NCBI GenBank assembly: GCA_963810935.1
Contig: CAWEPK010000017.1
Span: forward strand, 64,001-128,000
DNA from: an uncultured delta proteobacterium
GTDB lineage: Bacteria; Desulfobacterota; Syntrophorhabdia; Syntrophorhabdales; WCHB1-27
Reading direction: 5' to 3'
DNA length: 64,000 nt
A program made the translations under genes and the position numbers. Shown piece by piece: positions 21,217 to 32,839 of the stretch. The notes beneath the pieces are model-generated. The model searched no databases, had not been told where the DNA came from, and saw only the letters and a program-made list of their open reading frames with translations. Numbering within the stretch: position 1 is the stretch's first letter; each line of letters opens with the position of its first letter.

Positions 21217-23758
21217 ATGGCCGAAGAAGAAAAGACTACAGACCCCCGCCGCGCGTTCCTGTCTGAAGGCGAACCCGAATTCGACCCACTGATCGAGCTC
21301 GCCCTCGACCTGCGATGGTCGTGGAGCCACACGGCCGACAAGCTGTGGGAGACGATCGAGCCGACGCTCTGGCGGCTTACGCACAACCCGTGGACGGTCC
21401 TGCAAAGCGCATCGCGCGACAGCATCAGGAAGGCGCTCGCGGACCCGGACGTGCGTTCCCTCGTAGACGACGTCCTCGAAGCGCGGCGCGTGGCCGCCGG
21501 CAGCCCCGGCTGGTTCCAGAAGAACCACCCGGACGCGAAGCTTTCGTGCGTCGCCTATTTCTGCATGGAATACATGCTGAGCGAGGCGCTGCCCATTTAC
21601 TCGGGCGGCCTGGGAAATGTGGCAGGCGACCAGCTCAAGGCTGCGAGCGACCTGGGCGTGCCCGTAGTGGCCGTCGGCCTGCTTTTCCAGCAGGGGTATT
21701 TCCGGCAGGCCATTGACAGGAACGGCTGCCAGCGCGCCCTATTCCCTTACAACGACCCCGGCCAGCTCCCGATACGCCCCCTGCACGACCCGAACGGCGA
21801 GCTGTTGCGCCTCCAGGTGCCCCTTGCGGGCTACTCCCTCTGGCTGCGCACGTGGGAGGTCCGCGTAGGAAACGCGAGCCTCTACCTCATCGACAGCAAC
21901 GACTCCGCAAACCTCCCCGCACACAGGGGCATCACGAGCGAGCTTTACGGAGAGGGCCAGGAGCTGCGGCTGACACAGGAGATACTGCTCGGCCTCGCGG
22001 GATGGCGTCTCCTTGCGGCGTTAGGGCTCAAACCCGAGGTCTGCCACATGAATGAGGGCCATACGGCCTTAGTCGTGCTTGCCCGCGCGCTGGGCCTCAT
22101 GCAAGAGACGGGGCAGCCGTTTCACACGGCCCTGGCTGCGACGAGGGCCGGAAACATCTTCACGACCCACACCCCGGTGGCAGCCGGGTTCGACCGTTTC
22201 GAGCCCGCCCTCATCGAGCAGTACCTGGGCGCATACGCCAAAGAGAAACTGGGCATCTCGGTCGACGAGCTTCTGGCCCTCGGCCGCGTACATCCGCGCA
22301 ACGAATCGGAGCCCTTCAACATGGCCTGCCTTGCCGTGCGGGGGAGCGGCCACGTCAACGGCGTCAGCCGCCTGCACGGCCAGGTCAGCAGGGAGATCTT
22401 CCGGCCCCTCTTCCCGCACTGGCCGACGCGCGAGATCCCCGTGGGCCATGTGACGAACGGGGTGCACATGCCTACCTGGGAATCGGCCGAGTCCGACAAG
22501 GTCTGGACGGAGGCGTGCGCGCGCAACCGCTGGCAGGGCACCCTGGAAACGATGGAGGACGACCTGCGCGACGTGCCCGACTCTAAGCTCTGGGCGTTCC
22601 GGGGCACAGGGCGCAGAATGCTGATCGACTATGTGAGGGACCACACGTGGCGCCACAAGGCAGCACTCGGCGCCCCTTCGTGGGAGATCGAGGCAGCGAA
22701 GGGCGTCTTTGACCCCGATACGCTGACCATCGGCTTCGCGCGGCGCTTCGCCACCTACAAGCGCACCACCCTGCTGCTCCATGACCCCGAAAGGCTGCTC
22801 CGCATATTGACGTCGGCGGACCGGCCCGTGCAGCTCGTAGTAGCGGGCAAGGCGCACCCGGCAGACGTTCCGGGGCAGGCGATGATCGAGGAATGGACGG
22901 CCTTTATCGCCCGGCGCGCCGGGGGCGCACGCGGTCTTCCTGGAAGACCACGACATGCTGATGACCCAGCGCCTGGTGCAGGGCGTCGACGTCTGGATAA
23001 ACACGCCGCGCAGGCCGTGGGAGGCGTGCGGCACGAGCGGCATGAAGGTGCTCGTCAACGGGGGTCTCAACCTTTCGGAGCTGGACGGCTGGTGGGCCGA
23101 GGCCTACGGTCCTGAGGTGGGCTGGGCACTGGGCGATAAGAAGGAGCATGGCGAAGACCCCGCCTGGGACGCCGCCGAGGCGCAAAGCCTCTATACCCTC
23201 CTGGAAGAAGAGGTCATACCCGACTTTTACAACAGGGACGCGGAAGGGATGCCGAGGGCATGGGTGGCCCGCATGAGGGAGAGCATGGCAAGGCTCACCC
23301 CGCGCTTCTCATCCAATCGCGCGGTGCGGGAGTACACGGAAGACTATTACCTCCCTGCCGCCGACAGCTACAGGGAGAGGGTAGCGGACGGGTGCTCCCT
23401 TGCGGACCGCATCGTAAGCTGGCAGGAGATGATAGAGCGGATGTGGCCCGCCGTGCGGTTCGGCAAGATAAAGGTCGAGACGTCAGGCGCAGTTTATCGC
23501 TTCACCGTGCGCGTCTACCCGGGCAGCCTGGACCTCGCCTCCATCGGCGTGCAGCTTTACGCGGAAGGGACAGAAGGCGAAGGTCCTTTCCTGCGAGATA
23601 TGGCGCAGGAAAAGGAGAAGGCCGGCCCGGACGGTTATGTCTATAAGTGCGAGGCGCCCGCCAACCGGCCCGCGTCAGACTATACACCCAGGATAATCCC
23701 CCGGTTCCCCGGCGCGTCCGTCCCCCTGGAGGCCGGCAATATCCTCTGGCAGAGATGA
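21217..23758 (+). CDS. glgP: Alpha-glucan (glycogen) phosphorylase (frameshift near 22915)
   Basis: YSGGLGNVAGD, HMNEGH, TTHTP, GFARRFATYKR, AGKAHP; EACGTSGMK in the second frame. Confidence 0.9.
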
Positions 23759-23921
23759 CGGGCGCCTCTAACTTGGAGTAAATAAGGTGCAACCCGTCCT
23801 TTTCCAACTTTCCGCAGAAAATTGCAGGTCTACCCCTTGTCAAGCGCCTTTAGCGTGTCCTAGATTGATTTGTGGGCATTGGACGTCGCCACAGCAGTCA
23901 AATTACATCAGGAGGTTCCAC

Positions 23922-24287
23922 ATGAAACGTTGTTTGATGGCAGCGGTGTTGTTCTCTTTCGTCTTGATGTTTGCTGGGCAGGCGTTTGCACAGGGGGAGG
24001 CCAGCCCGGCCGAGTGGGACAAGCAAGCCTTCATGAACCAGTTGGCGTCCGCGAAGGTGGTGAAGTTCAGCGGCACGGTGCTGAGCCATGACGTAGCGTG
24101 CCACTGCATAGTGGTAAATACGCCCAGGGGCGAGATTACCCTTCAGGACGACTACGCCAAGTTCATGCAGGAATACGACAAGGCGAAGGGTCTCAAGATA
24201 GGGTCCAACGTAGTGGGCACCTTTAAGACGGTGAACCACATCCACTACGCCACGACCGTCGCCTACGCGCCGAAGAAGGAGATGTAG
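23922..24287 (+). CDS. Hypothetical secreted protein
   Basis: AGGAGG RBS; signal peptide ending AFA; terminator downstream. Confidence 0.7.
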   Translation: MKRCLMAAVLFSFVLMFAGQAFAQGEASPAEWDKQAFMNQLASAKVVKFSGTVLSHDVACHCIVVNTPRGEITLQDDYAKFMQEYDKAKGLKIGSNVVGTFKTVNHIHYATTVAYAPKKEM

Positions 24288-24311
24288 CAGACGCGCGCTG
24301 GCGGTTTGCGA

Positions 24312-24350
24312 TTGAGGGAAGGGGGCGCAATTCCCCCTTTCTCAACTTTT
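24312..24350 (+). terminator. Intrinsic terminator
   Basis: TTGAGggAAGGGGG...CCCCCTTtCTCAA followed by CTTTT. Confidence 0.55.
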
Positions 24351-24683
24351 GGGGTTCAGCACCCCCTCGCTGGGCAAAGCCCGGCGAGCCTCCCCGCTCG
24401 GCGCGGCGCATTCGCTTGCTTTATGACCGCCGGACCGCGGCGGCCATTATTGGGGTTCAGCACCCCCTCGCTGGGCAAAGCCCGGCGAGCCTCCCCGCTC
24501 GGCGCGGCGCATTCGCTTGCTTTATGACCGCCGGACCGCGGCGGCCATTATTGGGGTTCAGCACCCCCTCGCCGCGACCCTTCCCTCCTTACGTCGGGCG
24601 GGTGCCCCGGCTCGGCGAGCCTCCCCGCTCGGCGCGGCGCATTCGCTTGCTTTAATACCCTGCTGCTTGCAGCAGGGTATTAA
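24349..24683 (+). repeat. Tandem array of structured repeat family A (3 units, 101-bp period) ending in a 15-bp perfect inverted repeat
   Basis: GGGGTTCAGCACCCCCTC starts at 24351, 24452 and 24553. Units 1 and 2 are identical; unit 3 differs in the central hairpin. TTAATACCCTGCTGC-TT-GCAGCAGGGTATTAA at 24652-24683. Confidence 0.95.
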
Positions 24684-24703
24684 TTCGGAAAGACATAGAA
24701 GGG

Positions 24704-25384
24704 TTAAGGCTCCTGCGACGAGGGATGCCGCGCGCTTATGCGTCTTGTCTGGCCCAGGCCCGCCTCGGTATGTAACCCTGTGCCGCAGTAGAAAGCGAAA
24801 TCGATAAGGGCGTTCAAGAGGCCGATCTCCCTCTCTGTGCGCCCTTTTTCGATCTCCAACGTCACCCAGCCCTGCGCTCCCGCACCGTATGGGGTGGCCG
24901 CACAGGAGACCCTGAAGTCGGAAACGCGCACCAGGGCCGCCGCGTCTGAGGCAGGCGCCGGGAGATCGACTTCCGAAAACTTGCTCCATACCTGCCCGTA
25001 GCGCTCGAAAACCGCCGGGATGACGGGAAAGGGCAGGCGGGCGCCCATAACCTGGACGATCACCGGGGTTGCGTACTGGACGGTGATTACCCTGCGCGAC
25101 CTGTCGGCGTCGGTGAGGATCTCGCTATAGGAAGCCCGCTTTACCTCCCGGTCGGCTGAAGACGCAAGGACCAGGCTCTTTTTTCCCGCCATATCCGCAA
25201 GTAGGGGCATCAGCACGCCCGGCGCAAGCTCGGTCGCCCGGAAGCGGACGCTGCCTGCGGCCTGCCTCTGGGCGAAGGAAAGGGTGTACGGTTTTATCTC
25301 CCGGTCTTCGAACCTTTCCCTGAGAAGGGCGGCGAGGCCGGTGAAGTGTTCGTCACTCGTGTATGCTATGGCGGAAAGGGGCAT
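24704..25384 (-). CDS. cas6: Stand-alone Cas6-like RAMP endoribonuclease
   Basis: KPYTLS in the N-terminal RRM, ITVQYATPV..PFPVIPAVF, and C-terminal G-loop FAFYCGTGLHTEAGLGQ (GxGxxxxxGxG). ATG at 25384 overlaps the nrdG 3' end. Confidence 0.75.
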   Translation of the reverse strand: MPLSAIAYTSDEHFTGLAALLRERFEDREIKPYTLSFAQRQAAGSVRFRATELAPGVLMPLLADMAGKKSLVLASSADREVKRASYSEILTDADRSRRVITVQYATPVIVQVMGARLPFPVIPAVFERYGQVWSKFSEVDLPAPASDAAALVRVSDFRVSCAATPYGAGAQGWVTLEIEKGRTEREIGLLNALIDFAFYCGTGLHTEAGLGQTRRISARHPSSQEP

Positions 25385-26105
25385 TCTGGATGATACCGGC
25401 GACTTTTTCCCTGATTGCGCGCATTTTTTCAGGCGGGTAAGGACTAACGCTCTCGTATTTCTCGTTGAGCGTCTCCCTGGGGACAAAATCCTGCAGGAAG
25501 AACCTGCGGGCGGGCCCGATCTCAACGGCAGCCTGCAAGGCGTCCTGCTCCCTGTGAAGGAAGGGCACCAGCGTCATGCGGAACTCGTAGTCTACACGCC
25601 CCTCGACGATGAAATCGATGCTCTGTCTGATCTTCGCCTTGTCTACACTGCACCCGCACCACCTGTCGTATGATGCGATGGGCCCCTTGATATCCATGGC
25701 GATATAATCGACCAGGCCCGCGCCGACGAGCGATTTTACCACGTCCGGCCGCGACCCGTTCGTGTCGAGCTTTACCTGCACCCCGCGCCCTTTAAGCATT
25801 TCGAGCACATTCGGCAGGCCCTTGTGCATTGTCGGCTCTCCGCCGGTGACGACGACCCGGTCGATCCATTTGTGGAATTTTTGCAGCCTGCCGACGATAT
25901 GCTCGAAGGGCACGTCCTGCAGCGATTCGGGGCGCAGCACCAGTTCCCTGTTATGGCAGAAAGGGCACCTGAAATTGCACCCGCCCGAAAATAGAACAGA
26001 GGCAAGGTGCGACTTCCAGTCGATAAAGCTCGTCTCGATGAAGCCCTTTACCGGGAAATCAGGCAGAGTGCACGGCAATGAGTACTTCTTCAACCTTGGG
26101 GACAT
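25353..26105 (-). CDS. nrdG: Anaerobic ribonucleoside-triphosphate reductase activating enzyme (radical SAM)
   Basis: GCNFRCPFCHN, VVTGGEPT, KLDTNGS, DYIAMDIK; start uncertain. Confidence 0.92.
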   Translation of the reverse strand: MSPRLKKYSLPCTLPDFPVKGFIETSFIDWKSHLASVLFSGGCNFRCPFCHNRELVLRPESLQDVPFEHIVGRLQKFHKWIDRVVVTGGEPTMHKGLPNVLEMLKGRGVQVKLDTNGSRPDVVKSLVGAGLVDYIAMDIKGPIASYDRWCGCSVDKAKIRQSIDFIVEGRVDYEFRMTLVPFLHREQDALQAAVEIGPARRFFLQDFVPRETLNEKYESVSPYPPEKMRAIREKVAGIIQNAPFRHSIHE

Positions 26106-26322
26106 CGCCCCTCCATTCTCCCAAGCCGTTTTCCAGCGCATCCTCCACCACTACGGTGGGCAGGGACATAACGCTGTAAAAGCTTGCCTCCGCAAGACCG
26201 TCCGCAGTCCCCACGTTGTAGGTAAGCACGTTGACTTTTTCTTCCAGCAACCGGCTGCCCAACTCTTTAGCCATAGGGCACTTAGGACAGTCGTCCTTAT
26301 AAAAAATCTTTACCACTCCCAT
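26059..26322 (-). CDS. Thioredoxin/NrdH-like redoxin
   Basis: 87 aa, KIFYKDDCPKCP (CxxC), VMSLPTVVV cis-Pro motif; lies between nrdD and nrdG. Confidence 0.8.
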   Translation of the reverse strand: MGVVKIFYKDDCPKCPMAKELGSRLLEEKVNVLTYNVGTADGLAEASFYSVMSLPTVVVEDALENGLGEWRGDVPKVEEVLIAVHSA

Positions 26323-26416
26323 GTTTCCCTCACTCGGGGTTTTTCCACCTGAGGCCAGTTGATGTGCCATATGTAAATTGTACTATTACGAACCTTGCCG
26401 TTGCTGACCACCCGCC

Positions 26417-26620
26417 GTTGCAGCAATTGGCCCCCGGCCCAATTGCTGCCGTGGTCGGAAGAGCGCCTGGAGAAATCGTGATAGGCGGATGCAATGTGAA
26501 GTGCGTCGGCCGGAGGCGTACGCATGTACGTCGGAGGGCACGCGCTGAACAGGGCGCCGCATAGCGCGATTCCTTCAGGCGCGAGTCCAAACCTTGCCAC
26601 AACATCCGCCTTTGTCTCTA
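26417..26620 (+). repeat. Dispersed repeat family B, uninterrupted copy
   Basis: Aligns with 40468-40566 plus 42078-42261 (GTTGCAGCAATTGGCCCCCGGCCCAATTGCTGCCGTGGTCGGA...GAGTCCAAACCTTGCCACAACATCCGCCTTTG). Confidence 0.9.
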
Positions 26621-26648
26621 ACACTCCCACCGGGCGCATTTATGGTTA

Positions 26649-28736
26649 CTATACCGCTTCTTTCTTCTCTTCATTCACCGAGAAGAACTCCCTATTGCGG
26701 TAGCGGTCGCGCAGCTCGCCCAGCTTGCCCTTGTTCCAGCTCGAGACTTTCGTAAAATAACCGGTGATCCTGGTGATGCCGTCGATATCACTCGAGTGGC
26801 AGTGGGGGCACGCATCCGCCAGCCCGCGTGACGTCCGGCTGCAGGAGTTGCAGATGGTGAACTCCGGCGAAAACGCGATCTGGTCGTTCAGGGTGTACCT
26901 GAAGGTCTTCGTGACGAAGTCCGCTATGGCGCCCTTCGACGGCATAGACTCGCCCATCCACACGTGAGAAATCGAGCCCGCCTCGATCAAAGGATGAAAG
27001 AGGCCCTCGCTCGTCACCCTTTCGATAGGGTTCATCGGTACAGAGACGTTCAGGTGCGTCGAGTTCGTATAGTAGACCTCGCCGCTCGACACGTCGCCCT
27101 TTACAACCTTGCCCGAAACCGGCGAGAAGTAATGGAGGTCGAGCTTCGCAAACCGGTAGCTGGTGCTTTCCGCAGGGGTCTGCTCCAGGACCAGCCTCAT
27201 CTTGTCCCGCTCTCTGACCCTGTCTGCCTGGAGCTTCAGGTGGGCCATGATCTTCAGGCCCATCTTAAGCGCATTCTTCGACTGGTGCATCTCCTCGCCC
27301 GTGTGTACCTGGACCATCTCGTTGAGGCCCACCATGCCGACAAGGTGCGATGCCCGGTTCATCCTCAGATACGGCATGCCGTCGCGGTTCATCGTCAGAA
27401 GCGACAGCGGGCCGTCCTCTCCGGCGGAAAGGAGCTTCTCTATGAAATTCCGCTTCTCTTTGTGCGCCTTCACGGCCAGCATGAACTGGTCCGTGATGAG
27501 CCCTAGGAGCGTAGTGTCGTCCCCCTTCGCCTTGTAGGCAAGGCGCGGCAGGTTGAGGGAAACGTTCTGGAGTGCGCAATAGCGCATGCGCCACGGCTCT
27601 TTTGCGTCCAAAAGGTCGAACTCGTCCAGCTTGAAGCTCAGGCGGCAGCACTCCGATATTTTGGCCGTCTCTCCCCTGTCGAAGACGAAGTACGTATTCC
27701 CCTTGTCCGACGCGACGTCCGATATGTGGTCCAGGAAGTCCTTGTGCCCTTCCGTCTTGAAGAATTTCTCGGTGATATGGACAAGCGGCTTCGGGAAGAA
27801 AAACGGGCGCCCGGCGCCGTCGCCTTCCTTGAAGACCTCGAAGAGCTTCCAGACGAACCGCTGCGCCTCTTTCTCGTATTGACCGTACGTCTTACCGGTA
27901 AAGGCCCCCGAAGGCCCGATAGCGGGGACGTCCACGAAATGCTTCGGAATCTCCCAATACAGGTTGACGTCGGTGAAGATCGCCTGCCCTCCCCTCGCCA
28001 CCGCCTGCTGTGAAAACTCGAAGATCAGCATCTGGGCAAGCTGCTTCACGTCGTTGTCGCTCATCCCTTCGAGGTACGGCGCAAAGAAGATGTTGATGGC
28101 GTCCCAGCCGATGGCCCCGGCGAAATTGCTCTGGAGGGCGGCCGCAAACTTGACCAGGTGGGCCAGCAGCACCTCGGGGTGCTTGGCCGGCTTCGCCATG
28201 GAGAGCGAATGCGGGAGGTTGAGGCCGAACTTCTTTATATATTCGAGGGACTGGCCGCTGCAATACGGCCTGTCGATAAACCCTAAGTCATGGAGGTGGA
28301 TATCGCCGTTCATATGCGCGTCGGCCACGTCCTGGGAAAAGACGGACAACAGGGCGAACTCCTTCTTTATCCTCTCCGCAAGGGTAAGGTTCGTCGCCTC
28401 CGGCCCGTGCGGCACGTTCGCGTTCTCTTTATTCTGGTGAAGGATCAGGTTGCTTACGTCATAGATAGGCATGCCGAGCCTGGTATGCATCCTCCGGGGC
28501 GATTCCAGCCCCTTCTCGATCAGCCGGGCATTGACCATCTCCCTGATGAGCGGCGCAGTCACGACCTTTATACCCGACTTCATGATCAGCTCTTCAACCC
28601 CTTTGCTGATCGATATTGCCGTATCCTGGTCGATCATCGTCTCCCGCATGAGAGCGTCCACTATCCGCGAGCGGTCCCAGTCCGAGATGGTTTCTTCCGA
28701 CGTGCGGACAAAAAGATTCAGATCGGTTGTCTCCAT
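26649..28736 (-). CDS. nrdD: Class III anaerobic ribonucleoside-triphosphate reductase with N-terminal ATP cone
   Basis: WDRSRIVDAL ATP cone, GDIHLHDL, ECCRL finger loop, QTPAEST, YYTNSTH, CNSC..CPHC zinc site, RITGY glycyl-radical loop. Confidence 0.97.
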   Translation of the reverse strand: METTDLNLFVRTSEETISDWDRSRIVDALMRETMIDQDTAISISKGVEELIMKSGIKVVTAPLIREMVNARLIEKGLESPRRMHTRLGMPIYDVSNLILHQNKENANVPHGPEATNLTLAERIKKEFALLSVFSQDVADAHMNGDIHLHDLGFIDRPYCSGQSLEYIKKFGLNLPHSLSMAKPAKHPEVLLAHLVKFAAALQSNFAGAIGWDAINIFFAPYLEGMSDNDVKQLAQMLIFEFSQQAVARGGQAIFTDVNLYWEIPKHFVDVPAIGPSGAFTGKTYGQYEKEAQRFVWKLFEVFKEGDGAGRPFFFPKPLVHITEKFFKTEGHKDFLDHISDVASDKGNTYFVFDRGETAKISECCRLSFKLDEFDLLDAKEPWRMRYCALQNVSLNLPRLAYKAKGDDTTLLGLITDQFMLAVKAHKEKRNFIEKLLSAGEDGPLSLLTMNRDGMPYLRMNRASHLVGMVGLNEMVQVHTGEEMHQSKNALKMGLKIMAHLKLQADRVRERDKMRLVLEQTPAESTSYRFAKLDLHYFSPVSGKVVKGDVSSGEVYYTNSTHLNVSVPMNPIERVTSEGLFHPLIEAGSISHVWMGESMPSKGAIADFVTKTFRYTLNDQIAFSPEFTICNSCSRTSRGLADACPHCHSSDIDGITRITGYFTKVSSWNKGKLGELRDRYRNREFFSVNEEKKEAV

Positions 28737-28787
28737 GATCCTCCTTATAATTTTCAGCTTACTATGAATAACGGCAAATAACTGGAA

Positions 28788-28834
28788 TGACTATATATTG
28801 TGATGAGGGATGTATTTAGTACTATATGTTGTGC
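28788..28834 (-). promoter_or_regulatory. Tandem NrdR boxes upstream of nrdD
   Basis: TGACTATATATTGTGA (28788-28803) and GTACTATATGTTGTGC (28819-28834), 31 bp apart, resembling the acaCwAtATaTwGtgt consensus. Confidence 0.8.
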
Positions 28835-28980
28835 CATCACCGCTATGATATCATTCTTCGGTGAGTCTTTGTCAAGAATTTTCTAAAGTTTTTTTAAATC
28901 TTTTTAAAAACTGCGCAACGGAAAGCAAAAGATGGAGGTTTTGGATGGAATTTTCATCAAGGTCACCGGCTCGACCTCTT

Positions 28981-29009
28981 CCGTCATACCGGCGGAAGCC
29001 GGTATCCAG
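28981..29009 (+). repeat. REP-like palindrome, family C
   Basis: CCGTCATACCGGCGGAAGCCGGTATCCAG; 28/29 identical to the reverse complement of 40404-40432. Confidence 0.85.
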
Positions 29010-29027
29010 CGGAGAAGGTCCCGGCCC

Positions 29028-29996
29028 CTATCCTTCGCCCTTCATTATGGCCGCCGCCTCTTCCGGCACTACGGGGACCGTATAAAACTCGTCTTCCCGC
29101 TTGTACTGTGAGTATGTCCTCGGGAGTATCTCGACATGCCAGTGGAAATAGTCGTCCACCTGCGGGCCCCGCTCGCCGAACCGGCCGGCGGCCGTGTTCG
29201 GGGACGTATGGATCACCACGGAATAGGCATCCCTGACCTTTTCGACGCGCCTCATGACGTTGAGGTAGACCTCGGCGAACTCCCGCCTCAGGTCTTCCCT
29301 TTCCCACGATTCGAAGGCGGGGCTGTGCTGTCTGGGGATGATCCACACTTCGAAGGCCATGCGCGAAGCGAAGGGGCAGATGGCTAAAAAATGGCTGCTC
29401 GCTACCACCACGCGCCTGTCCTGTCTCTCCTCCTGACTGACCACGTCGCACAGGAGGCACCTTTCCTTCTGCAGGTAATGGTTCCTTGAATTCTCCAGCT
29501 CCATGAACAACTGATGGGGGACGATCGGCGTCGCAAGCACGTGCGAATGGGGGTGCACGATGTAAGAGCCCGTTATCTCCCCGTGGTTCTTGTAAACATG
29601 GACGTACTTGAAACGTTTGTCTTTTTTCAGGTCGAGGATGCGCTCGGTGTACATCTCGACGACGCGGAACAGCTCGCCTGCATCGAACGTCGCAAAGGTC
29701 TTTACGTGGGGCCTGCCCTCGACGATGATCTCGTGGGCGCCGAGGGTCCCCATCTTGTCATAGAACCCTTCGGCCCTTTTATTTTCGCTCGCTTCTATTT
29801 GAAAGACGGGGTTTGCGGCGGGAAAAGCGCGAACGAGCCAGGCGCCCTGCCCGTCCCTTATCTCCCTGATGGACGGAGGGGTCAGGTGCTCGTTGCCGGG
29901 GCAGAACGGGCAAACGTCGATCTCCTGCGCTTTGACTTTCCTAACGCCGACTACGACCCAGTTGCCCGTCAGAGCGTCCCTTCTAAACTCGCCCAC
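29028..29996 (-). CDS. GalT-like nucleotidylyltransferase (HIT superfamily)
   Basis: EFRRDALTGNWV, CPFCPGNE, GAHEIIVE, KNHG, HPHSH, CLLCD, FHWHVEILPR, PEEAA. Confidence 0.85.
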   Translation of the reverse strand: MGEFRRDALTGNWVVVGVRKVKAQEIDVCPFCPGNEHLTPPSIREIRDGQGAWLVRAFPAANPVFQIEASENKRAEGFYDKMGTLGAHEIIVEGRPHVKTFATFDAGELFRVVEMYTERILDLKKDKRFKYVHVYKNHGEITGSYIVHPHSHVLATPIVPHQLFMELENSRNHYLQKERCLLCDVVSQEERQDRRVVVASSHFLAICPFASRMAFEVWIIPRQHSPAFESWEREDLRREFAEVYLNVMRRVEKVRDAYSVVIHTSPNTAAGRFGERGPQVDDYFHWHVEILPRTYSQYKREDEFYTVPVVPEEAAAIMKGEG

Positions 29997-30044
29997 AGAT
30001 AAGGATAACCCTTTCCCTTACGGGTTGTCAAAAGAACGGATACG

Positions 30045-32705
<2,661 letters not shown>

Positions 32706-32706
<1 letters not shown>

Positions 32707-32724
32707 TTAGGAACCATTCCTGAT
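32706..32724. promoter_or_regulatory. Putative Fur/PerR-family operator abutting the regulator start codon
   Basis: 19-bp imperfect palindrome ATTAGGAACCATTCCTGAT. Confidence 0.55.
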
Positions 32725-32839
32725 AACCTATAGCTTATATGTAAGACGCCGCTGCCCGTCCGTCAAGGTAAAGCGGCGCCTCTCTTCAAAGCAGATTGTT
32801 TTTGACAGAAAAGCTCGTCTGTGCTAACAATATAGATAA

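Noticed and set aside
6161..23758. Programmed ribosomal frameshifting in the split genes
   Set aside because: I saw no consistent slippery heptamers or stimulators at the shift sites, and these families are not known to be recoded; sequencing error is simpler.
24349..24655. CRISPR array next to cas6
   Set aside because: The period is 101 bp, units 1 and 2 are identical throughout with no unique spacers, the variable parts are self-complementary hairpins, and the same unit occurs elsewhere in the window.
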